64,000 nt of DNA from Hypanus sabinus (lineage: Eukaryota). The position numbers were made by a program, and so were the translations under genes. A model generated the notes under the pieces. The model saw nothing but the letters and a program-made list of their open reading frames with translations, was not told the DNA's origin and did no database searches. Each line of letters opens with the position of its first letter. Within the stretch, counting starts at the first letter, position 1. Shown piece after piece: positions 40,601 to 52,600 of the stretch. Location of the stretch: NCBI RefSeq assembly GCF_030144855.1, contig NC_082717.1, forward strand, positions 4,216,001-4,280,000, read 5' to 3'.

Positions 40601-43600
40601 GTTGATCCATGTCCTGAGCTCATCTGCCTTTCCTATGATACTTCTTGCTTGGAAATAGATGCAGTCAGGACACTAGCCACGGAATGCTCAACCATTTGAT
40701 TCCTGACTTTGATGTCTTAGCAACAACTGTCTCCACAAACCTCTCCATTAACTGTTCTGGCACCCCGGTTCCCATCCCCCTACAACTCTAGTTTAAACCC
40801 CACTGTGCAGCTTTAGCAAGCCTCCTATCAACACTATTTTGCAATTCAATGTTTCACACTTTTTATTTTGAATTTACAGTAATTGTATGTATACTCACTG
40901 CATGCTGACCAATAGTAACCCCATTGCCTGGCACCTTGTACCACCTCCTGTCTGCCATCAGATTTCTGAATGGTCTATGGACACTGTTTGGTTATTCATT
41001 GTTTCACACCTTTTGTTTTGAATTTACAGTAATTTCATGTGTGTTGTACTACATGCCGACCAATATTGACCCTTCCATAGTAATCCCATTGCCTGGCACT
41101 TTGTCCATTGCCCTCTCAGCCAAAGCATTAGTGCTGTCAGTGACCCAGTTTCAGCCACTCTCTCGGGCAATGTGTTCTGGTACTCCCATTCTCTGGTTGA
41201 AGAGGCCCTGGCATATCCCCTCTGAGTCTCTTCCCCCTCACCTTAATTACATTTTCTCAAATTTTATCTACCCCTGATATGGGGATGAGTTTTCTACAGT
41301 CTATACCCTATCTATGTCCCTCATAACTCTGTACACCTCAATCACCCCCTTGAGCTCCCCTGCCCTAGAGAGACTAGACTCATCTTCTCCTGTCTCTCCT
41401 CATAACTGAAGTGATTCATTTCAGACAACATCCTGGTGGAGATTCTGTGTTCTCTGACTGTTTCATTCAGTTTCAATTCCTTTACCAAACATGTTTGATT
41501 CAATATTATTGAAATAATAAAATGTTATTTACCCTTCTGGCTTCAATCTCTGTTGAAAACATGCCCATTTTTTCACACAGCATATTGCTGTAACTAAGAT
41601 GAAGAATAAGAGGACGAGTACGAGGATACTGGTGAGAATACTGGCCAAGACTTTCCAAGACCCACCTTCATCTGCTTCTGAAAAATAGCAAAGATTGATG
41701 TACAGTTTAACACCGGTAATGTGAATTGTCCTTTGAATGACAGGTTTAATATGTGAACATTGGAGGCTGATAGTTCTCCCTTAGACGCCTCATTTACAGT
41801 CAGTAAGGGAGGAGAGCACCGTGCTGAAGGATGGACTTACTGAGCTGCTATTGTGGGAAGGAACGAAACATCAAGGTTATTAATAATAATAACTTATTTA
41901 GAGAGAAATTTTCAGACAGACAATGTAGACAATNNNNNNNNNNNNNNNNNNNNNNNNNNNNNNNNNNNNNNNNNNNNNNNNNNNNNNNNNNNNNNNNNNN
42001 NNNNNNNNNNNNNNNNNNNNNNNNNNNNNNNNNNNNNNNNNNNNNNNNNNNNNNNNNNNNNNNNNNNNNNNNTGAGAAGCATGGTAAATAAATGGGTCTT
42101 GATCTGATGTTCAGAAGTGTCTGCATCCCTTATAGTTTTGTGAGTTACAGTTTGTGAGCATTGCTCTGCCAGTTATCTTTTGAGGGAGATTGTTTACATT
42201 TAGCAGGCCAGCAGAAGAAGACCAGAGGGCTCGAGCAGGATTATAAAAGAAAAACGATACTGTTATGTACTCCGATCTCAGACCATTTAGAGCTTTAAAA
42301 GCAAGAAGAAAATCTTTGAAATCAATTTTAATAGATACAGGAAGCCGATGCAGTGTAGCTAGGATATCAGTGATATACTCTCCCACCCTGGTTTTAGGTT
42401 GAAAGTCCAGCAGTGGTGTTCTGAATGAGTTGAGGTTTGAACGTCAATAATACTGGATAGTTTCTGCAATGATCTCCATCTGCAACGTTAACTTATTGCT
42501 CTCATTTTATTCAAAGGTGCAGCTTGTGAGACTCCAAGGGCAGTGACATTAATGTCTGTCCACCAATGAATTTCCCGGTGGCCTCCATCACTCACCAGTG
42601 GGATAAAAACAGAATACATTGAAAAACCTCAGTCACTCAGGCAGCCTCTGTGGAACGGAAAACAGTCAATGTTTCTGGTTGAAGATTCTTCATCAGAAAT
42701 GAAAAGGAGGAAGTCTAAATAGCAGAGAAGGCTGGGAGAGAGGGAATGTCTGTAATGAGTGGAACAACACAGCATTGATGGGTAGTTAATTTTCCACCCA
42801 TCACCTCCCAGCTTCTTACCTCATTCCTCCCTCCCCCACCCACCTGGCATCGTCTATCACCTTCCAGCTTGTCCTCCTTCCCCCAACACCCCAGCTTTTT
42901 ATACTGTTGTTTCCCCCTTCCTTTCCAAACCTGAAGAAGGATCTTATCCCAATAGGTTGACTGTTTATTCCTCTCCATAGATGCCGTCTGACCTGCTGAG
43001 TTCCTCCACCATTTTGTATGTGTTGCTCTGAACTTCCAGCATCTGCAGAATCTCTTGTGTTTATTTATTTCCATAGATTCTGCCTCACTTGCTGAATTCC
43101 TCTAGCTTTTTTTTATGTGTGTGGCATTGAAAAGTTAAGCTGCTTTGTGTAACATGTTGTTAATGGTGTAAGATCTGTTGGTGTTATACAGTCTGGTCTA
43201 CTGGTTGGGTGCAGATGCCCAAAATATACAAAGGAAAGACAAGAGAGAGAAGAATGGTGACACAATATTAGACCTGACCTGATTCACACAGAAAAGAAGA
43301 GCAAATTATCTGAAGTTGATGAAGTTTATTCTGAGTCCAGCAGGTTGGAATATGTCCAGACGATAAATCTGTTGTCCCTCAGCATACATCACCCCGGTAA
43401 CAATACAGGAGCCGAGCGCAATGCTGACTCACCTGATTTAATACAAATGGTATATTTCAAAGTTCAAAATAAATTTAACATGGAAGTACATATTTGTCAC
43501 CATATACAACCGAGAGATTCATTTTCTCATGGGCATACCCAATAAATCCACAATAGAATAATAACCATAATGGGTAATCATGACCAGAATCAGCTCCTTG

Positions 43601-46600
43601 CCCTTGCTGACAGTAAGTAAGAGACAGTCATTATGGCAGATTTTCAATCTATGTTGATTCATCTCCACCTTTGATTTGGCCTACAACTCATTCATTCATT
43701 GTATGTTCTGATGAACATGTGACAAATAAAGCTAATCTTTCTCTTTAGGAGGCCAAGACAGAGAGGTCAGAGTGGGAGTGAGATGGGGAATGAAGGTAGT
43801 ACACAACTGGAAACTGGGGAGGTGTGAATGGTGGTGGGGGGGGGGGGGGTTTCACCCCTGTGGACTCAGTGCAGGTCCTTTACCAAATGATTATCCAGTC
43901 AGTGGTTGATTTCTCCATGGCGGAAAAGGCCACATTGTGAATACCAAGCATATTCACCAGATGTAAGTGTCCCTGGGAATCACTGCCTTTCCTGGAATGA
44001 CTGTTTGAGTCCCTGAATCATTGGAAAGGGGCAGGAGTACACAGGAAAGTGAGAAACAAAGTGCAGTGGCAGGTGGGCAGAGACGAGTGGACCAGGGTAT
44101 CGGGAAGAGTGTGGAGGTAAGTATGCATCCAGTGGTGGAATCTTGTTGGAGATAGTTCTCTCTGGATTCTATGTGATCCAACCTTCCAGAGCAACCTACC
44201 ATTTGGAACTTTATCAGTAGCTTATTGTAGTCCATAAGTGCCCTGGCTTTATCATCTTTCTTGGTCACCCCATCAAGAAGCTCATTCAAGTCTGTCAGAC
44301 ATGATTTTTCATGCACAAATCTATGCAGCTACTTCTGATCAACCCCCATTTATTCAGAAATGCACATGTGTTTTCTCTCAGGATCCTCTCTGGTAGCTTT
44401 CCACTGATACTGGTCTATAATTTCTAGGGTTCACTTTGCCACCCTTAAATACAAAAACAACATTTGCTACCCTCCAATATACCGGTGCCGCATTGGTGGA
44501 GGCTAACAATGATGCAAAAAGCAGCCACTATCAGAGGACCCAGCTCTAGCACCTGAGAGGCAAATTGTCTGTTCCCCTGTCTATTGAGGCTCCTATCACT
44601 AAAGCCCTGGCTGACTTCTCCCTTACCTTTTGTGCATCAGTGCCAATCCAGTATCACCAACCTGACTACAGCTGACATGGCCGGTAAAGCATTAGCACTC
44701 ACTTGGGAACTCAAACATCGCCACTTGTCATCTGTATTAATGATCTGGATGATGATGTGGTTAACTGGATCATCAGATTTGCTGATGATACCAAGATTGG
44801 GGGTGTGGTGGACAATGAGGACGGTTATCATGGCCTGCAGCAGGATCTAGACCAGCTGGGAATATGGCTGAAAAATGGCAGATGAAACTTTATGCAGACA
44901 AATGTGAGGTATTGCACTTCGGTAGGATCAGCCAAGGCAGGTCTTACACAGTGAACGGTAGGGCTCTGAGAAGTGAGGGAGAACAAAGGGATCTGGGAAT
45001 ACAGATCTATAATTCATTGAAAGTAATGTCACAGGTAGAGGGGGTAAAAAAAGAACCCTTTAGTCACATTACCCTTCATAAATTGATGTATTGAGTATGG
45101 GAGATGTACAGGAGATGGGATGTTATGTTGAAGTTGTATAAGACATCGGTGAAGCCTAACTTGGAATATTGTGTGCAGGTTTGGTCACCTATCTACAGGA
45201 AAGATTTAAGTAAAGTTGAAGGAGTACAGAAAGAAAATTACAAGGATGTTGCTGAGTCTGGAGTTATAAAGAAAGACTGAATAGGTTAGGGCCTTATTCC
45301 TTACAGCATCGAATATTGAGAGGAGATTTGATAGAGGTATGTAAAATTATGAGGGGTATAGTCAGGGTAAATGCAGACAGGTTGGGTGCAACTACTACTA
45401 GAGTTCATGGGTTAATGGTGAAAGTGAAAAGTTGAAGGGGAGCTTGAGGAGAAACTTCTTTGCTCAGAGAGTCATGGAAGTGTGGGATGAGTTGTCAGTG
45501 CAAGTTCTGCATGCGAGCTCCAGTTCAATATTTAACAACTTTGGAGAGGTGCATGGATGTTTGGGATATGGAGGGCAATGGTCCCAGTGCAAGTCAATGG
45601 GAGTAGTCAGTTTAAATGGTTCAGCATGGACTAGATGGGCCAAAGGGCCAGTTTCTACATTGTACTTTCCTGTGATTCTATGACACTCTTGACAAGGTTG
45701 CTCCAAAAACTGAGTTGTTGATAGTGCTATTCAGAGCTGAGTTACTATTGTTCCCCCAGCATCCAACCATGCTCCCTTCTCACTGCCGCCTTCTCACATC
45801 AGGAGCCTCAGGGATCACAGCACCAGGTTCAGGAACAGTTATTACCCTTCAACCATCAGGTGCTTGAACCAGAGGGGATAACTTCACTCAACTTCACCTG
45901 CCCAATCACTGAACCTATGGACTTACTTTGAAGGACTCTTCATCTCAGGTTCTCAATATTTCTTGTTTATTTACTTATTTTTTTGTTGCTTGTGTATTTG
46001 CACAGGTTCTGGTCTTTTGCACTTTGGTTATTTGCCCATCCTGTTGGTTATGGTCTTTCATTGATCCTAAAGGTCCAAAGATTCAAATGTTCATTTATTA
46101 TTGAAGCACACATTCAAATACAACTTGAAATTTGTATGCTCCAGATAGCCACAAAAACAAGAAAGAATATGAAAGTCATTCAGAAAGAAACATCAAACAC
46201 CCTCTACTCACTCAACAAAACAGAAAAGGAACGGGTGATAAAAAAACAGTATATCAAAACCATAAGTCTACAAACGTCCACAGTCCACAACACAATAGTC
46301 CAATCAATAAATGCAGAACCACGATACCATCCTCTGATATCACCGATATTCAATTGAAAGAGAAGAGGGTGACACCACACGAGGCAGAGAAGCTTATCTG
46401 CCTCCACAGCGAGGGACACGGCGATAGGCAGATCACAGACTCCTTTTCCACAAGCGATCAAAAGGCAGGCAGTCAGCACTGAAAGTCTTGCTTACCTTCT
46501 GCATTTGTCTCAATATCTCAGTCTTCCTTGACACTTTCATCAGTGATTAAGGATGATTTAATTAGCAAAATGGAATTGAACACTGGCTCATGCCCTGTCT

Positions 46601-49600
46601 CAAAGTTTCTTCAGATTGTGGCTGTTGGAGTAAGTGCTTACTTTCCAGAATCTTCTCAGAGACAGCAAAGCACTGGATCACACAAGCAATCTCCAAAATC
46701 ACAGGCTCTAACTGTACCAGAAACGCATTTAAGGTGAGAAACAGATGTAAAAGAAGTAAAAATGATACTTTTGTGAGCTGTCTGGAAGATGTTGACCAGG
46801 GAACACCATAATGAGTAAAGCAGGAGGAAATTATAATTGGCAGATGGGTATAAAGGGTTCTGCCATGACATTACTGAGTGGCGTGGCTGGAAACGATGAG
46901 CTGAGTGGCCTCCTCCACCACACTGGGCACATCACTTATCGGGCCTGAGGATCCCGTCCAACCAACGGGATACTGTGACTGCTGTCGACACCCCTGTCAG
47001 ATCTGAATTTACTTATTTTATTCCCGTCTCTAAGTCACCTGGCGACACAGGCATGAAGTCCACAGGAGGGGATTTAAAACTAAGCCTCGCACCATGCATC
47101 CAAACACCATAGCAAACTGTGCTCAATCAGCGGCTTCACCCTGGTGCCATCCACTGACAGCAAAGTGGGGATTACACATCATGTCCTCCTGTAGCTTTCT
47201 TGGTAATGCTTTTCTCACAATGACTTTACGTGATTTTAGGTTACACAATTTAATAAAGTTGAAGGATTCCGTTTTTGCCTGTAAGACTGTTGGTTCATCA
47301 ATATATTAAGAACATTTATAATGATATGTTAACCATTTTTACAGATGGATTAAAAGATAATTTAACTGGGAATGTTGCTTTGGCTGTTTTCGTGCCTGGA
47401 TTATAGGTAACGATAAAGAAATGACCTTCTAACCATTCATCAGAATATATACAACAGGATTGGCTGCCATCATTTTGGGCTTACAGTAGGTGGAGAAATT
47501 GGTCCATGTAAAGCTATAATTTGTTCAGATTCCTTTTCAGTTTTGATGAGAGTTAAAACAGGTCATTCTAGCAGTTGGAAGCTCATCAAATGTTATTTCA
47601 TGTACAAAGTATTGGTTTATTTGTTTGTTTCTTATGGGTGCCTGCACAGGGAGGTGTTGAGGGGAATGAGCTGGTTGATTGTTTAGGTAAAGCTGGTCAA
47701 AGCTCAGCAGTGGATTTAGGCTGAGCCATGGGTCCCCTCAGCTTCAATCACCTGCCTTCACCAGGTATCCCATCATGCCCTGACTAATCAACAACCTAAC
47801 CTGGTTCTCAGCTTTCTACCTAGCTCTCTAAATTCTCTTTTCAGCACTTCATTGCTTTTCCTTCCTATGTCAATGGTACCAATATGTATGAAGACACCTG
47901 GCTAATCCCCTCACTCTCCAAAATGTTGCGCATGCAGTCTGAGACATCTCTGACCCTGGCACCTGGGAGACAACATACCATCCGGAAGTCCCATTCACAT
48001 CCACAGAATCTTCTGTCTGTTCCTCTCACCGCTCCCTTCTCTCTCTTTCCCTTCTGCACCACGGACCCATGCTCAGTGCCTGTAACCCAGTCGCCGTGGC
48101 ATTCTCCCGGGAGGTCATCCCCCACAAAAGTATCCAAAGCAGTATATGGGTTTTTGAGTGGAATGGCCGCAGGGGTGCTCTGCTCTAACTGCCTATTCCC
48201 ATTTCTCCTGATAGTTACCCAGCTACTCATCACCTGTCACTTCGGGGTGACTGTAGCTTTGAACAATTGTATCCTCGCTCTCCTGTAGAACTGAAGATCA
48301 TCTAGCTGCTGCTCCAGATGCCTAACACGGTCTTCGAGGAGCTGCAGCTGGATGCACTTCACACTGATGTAGTTCCCCGGGAGACTCTGGGTCTCCCAGT
48401 TCTGCAGCTTCCCACACGAAGAACACACCACAGCCATTGAAATGGTACAGTATGAGAGGAAAAGAAGCAAAAAGGAAACCTTAACTGACTGTTTACTCAG
48501 AGCCAATGCCTCTTCCGAGCTGAAGCCTGTCTCTTCTACTCTGACAATGGCCTGATGATGGCCGCTCCACTTATTCCTTCTATACTCTTATTTAGTTCAT
48601 AGATCTCTGTTGATGCCGCTGAGAGTCCACGTTCAATGGACAAACACCCCTTTTAAATAACCACCGCCGATCTGTGAAAAATCCCTCTTGGTAGAGTCTG
48701 TAGATGCCACTGATTGGCCACATACAATTTTAGTACAACATGATCAAAGTGGTCATTGTCTTGTTAAACTGTCGTGAGATGGGTTGTGCTGCTTGGTTCA
48801 GGAACTCAATGGCTGAAGGGAAATAGCTGTTCTTGAACGTGGTGGTGTGAGTCTTCAGGCTTCTGTACCTCCTGCCCGATGATAACAGTGAGGAAGTAGA
48901 TTGGGAACAGCTGACAGAAGGGAAAACAATGTTTGATGGGAGAGGCATTTAAAAGTGAGATGCTGGGACTTGAGGGCCAACATGTTCTTGTTCAAGGAAG
49001 ACTGGTGGGAACTGATAGAAGCTCAATACTGGCTTCAATTAGCTGTCTGGTCGTATCATTGTGTGGTACGGATGCTGCAAGGCATCGGACCGCAAACCCT
49101 ACAGAGGATAGTGAAAACTGACAAAGATCACCCGGGTCTTCCTCCCCCCATTTGTGACATTTACCAGGAGTGTTGCAGACGAAGGGCAGAAACATTGTTG
49201 AGGATCTCCACCACCCATCCCACAATCTCTTTGACCCACTACCATCAGGAAGGAGGTACAGGAGCATCAGGACTGGGACTGTCAGACTGGGTAACGGCTT
49301 CTTCCCTCAGGCTGTGAGACTAATGGATACCCTGTCACCACTGAGGTCTCATCACCAGGACAGTGAGCTGTTTATTGTTTACCTGCACTGTGCACTGCAT
49401 GCATTTTGAATTGTATTTTATTTATGTATTTCTGGTAATATTTTGTTTCATGTGCTGTCTATGATAAACGTTTTGTGGGTGCACCGTGATCTGGTGAAAT
49501 GTTGTTTCATTTGGTTGTTTATATATAATAAAATTAAACTTGATCTATTACTAAGGAGAAGTTGTTTGGGAAACTGAAAGGTCTGAAGGTAGATATGTCA

Positions 49601-52600
49601 TCTGGACCAGATAATGTACGCTCCGGGATTCTGAAAGTGTTGGCTGAAGAGGTAGCAGGGGCATTAGTAATGATTTCCACTTTTTGCCTCCTGCCAATAT
49701 TCTATCCATGCTAGCAGCTTTCCTGTAATACCATGGGCTCTTTTAGACCATAAGATATAGGAGCAGAATTAGACCATTTGCTCCATCAAGTCTGCTCCGC
49801 TATTTCACCATTGCTGATCCATATAACCATATAACAATTACAGCACAGAGACAGGCCATCTTGGCCCTTCTAGTCCGTGCCGAATGCTTACACTCACCTA
49901 GTCCCACCTACCTGCTCTCAGCCCATAACCCTCCATTCCTTTCCTGTCCATATACCTATCCAATTTTTTTTAAAGTGACATAATAGAACCTGTCTACCTC
50001 TTCTACTGAAAGCTCATTCCACACAGCTACCACTCTCTGAGCAAAGAAGTTCCCCCTCGTATTACCCCTAAACTTTTGCCCCTTAACTCTCAACTCATGT
50101 CCTCTTGTTTGATTCTCCCCTACTCTCAATGAAAAAAACCTATCCACGTCAACTCTATCCCCCTCATAACTTTAAATACCTCTATCAAGTCCCCCCTCAA
50201 CCTTCTACGCTCCAAAGAGTAAAGACCTAACTTGTTCAACCTTTCTCTATAATTTAGGTGCTGAATCCCAGGTAACATTCTAGCACATCTCCTCTGTGCT
50301 CTTTCTATTTTGTTGACATCTTTTCTATAATTTGGTTCCCAGAACTGTACACAATCCAGATTTGGCCTTGTACAATTTATACAATTTTAACATTACATTC
50401 CAACTCCTATACTCAATGCTCTGATTTATAAAGACCAGCATACCAAAAGCTTTCTTCACCACCCTATCCACATGAGATTCCACCTTCAGGGAACTATGCA
50501 CCATTATTCCTAGATCACTCTGTTCTACTGCATTCCTCAATGCCCTATCATTTAACATGTATGTCCTGTTTTGATTAGCCCGACCAGAATGTGGCAGCTC
50601 ACACTTATCAGCATTAAACTCCATCTGCATCCATTAAACTCCATCCATTTTCCCTCTCAGCCCCAATCTCCTGCCTTCTCTCTGTATCCTTCATGTTTTT
50701 ACCAATAAGAATCGATCTACCTCTGTCTTAAATATACATAAAGACTCAGCCTCCACGGCTGCCTATGGCAAAGAATTCCTCGGATTTACCACTCTCTGGC
50801 TCAAGAAATTTCTCCTTATTTCTGTTCTAAAAGGACACGCTTCTCTTCTGTGGCTGTGCCCTCTGATCTTAGAGTCTCCTACCCACTGGAAACATCCTCA
50901 CCACATCCACTCTATTAAGAACTTCCACTATTCAATAGGTTTCAATTAGGCCACCCCCCCCATTCTTCTGAATTCCAGTGAATACTGACCCAGAGCTATC
51001 AAATGGTCTTAATATAACAAGTTGTTTAATTCAGGAATCTTTTTCATAAATCTCCTTTGAACCTTCTGCAGTTTCAACACATCTGTTTGTCTTGCAAAAC
51101 AGCCTCATGTGCACCATCTTGTCAAAGGCTTTCTGAAAATCAAAGAGGATAATATCCCCCAATTCTCCTTTCTCTATCCTGCCTATTATTTCCTCAAAGA
51201 CTTCCACAGATTTGTCAAGAAGGATGTCACACTAAGGAAATATGCAGACTTTGGCCTATTTTTTCATGTACCTCCAAGTACCCTGAAACCTCATCCTTAA
51301 TAATGGACTCCAACATCTTCCCAACCATTGAAGTCAGGCTAACTGGTCTATAATTTCCTTTCTTTTGCTTCCCTCCCTTCTTAAAGAGTGGAGTGACATT
51401 TTTGGGCCACTTATCCAAGAAGGAAAGTCCTGACATTGGAGAGGGTCAAGAGGAGATTCCTGTGAGGAGTTACACACAGGTTGTTAAATAAACTCTAGTG
51501 CCCAGTCTGAGAGATAATATACTAATGTGGACTGTGGATTGGTTATGAGCAGAAAACAGTTTGTTCAGAACCAGTTTCTGAAACAGAAATGGCCATTTTA
51601 GGATTGTGTGACTCTGACTGTTGGGGTATCACAGTGAATTGATCGGTGATGTCAGTGAGAGGACTGTGTGATGGATTAAGTTACTGATTGGCAGTGTGTC
51701 TGTGAGGAGAATGTGGAGAGATTTCAGACAGACAGAACAGGTGAGTGAATTGTCAGATGGAAAGAATGAGATTGAAAAGTGTTGGTGTCCAGAGGAACCT
51801 GGATGTCCTACTTGTGTAATGAAGGTGATATGTAGGTATGGTGAGTAAATATGTGATAATCTTCATGTCAAAAGGTTTCGACTACAGATTTCTGTAGTTA
51901 CGTGATAGCCTGGTGACTGTGGATCTAGAATATTTTGTAATGGTTTATAACCTCATGCTTCTTCAGCAGTGTTTCTGTATGCTCCCAATGCATGGTCTCA
52001 AAGTTCTCAATACCATCCTGAATATTGCTTCCTGGGTCAAGGGCCAGTGGTTCCCAGGAGTCAGAGGGAAGCTGCATTTCTTCACAGAAACTTGCATCCT
52101 ATATCCTTCTCAAGGAAAAACACTGCCTTTAATATCTATTTAATATTTGGCCACATCCCATGAAATCACTCTCTCTCTCTCTTGTGCTTATGCAAAGAAT
52201 TAATTAATTCCCAATTTAAAATAAGGATTCCCTAACATCCAGACTGTGCTCAAAAAGCAAAGAACCGATCTTGGTGGGAAAGAGACTGTGGATGTTGCAA
52301 TCTGTTACAAAAAGTGAACTTGGAAGAAGGAAGCACACTGAAGGTTGGTCTAGAACATCTGAGGGGAGGGAGGGAATTGGTGACACCTCAATATAGGATC
52401 CTGTATCAGGTCTGAGACTGCAGAGGGAAGATGGCCAAAATAAAGAGATGGGTGGTGGACGGATGATATGGAGTCACTAGTGGAAATCTAAATCAAAAGC
52501 TGTATTCACTAGTGCTGCACCAGGATGGTGGGGGGGGGGGGGGGAGGTGTTAAACTCGAGCTGCAGTGTCAAACAGATAATGTAGATATTGTGGAGACAG

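Noticed and set aside
41841-41847. 7-nt microexon (tag|CAGCTCA|gtaagt) upstream of the TM exon
   Set aside because: Phase is incompatible with the phase-1 V exons; cannot be supported without cDNA.
46642-46711. Extra minus-strand exon (LEPVILEIACVIQCFAVSEKILE) with good AG/GTAAGC sites
   Set aside because: It would need a phase-0 upstream donor, and no strong one exists in V1 or V2; no Ig or stalk character.
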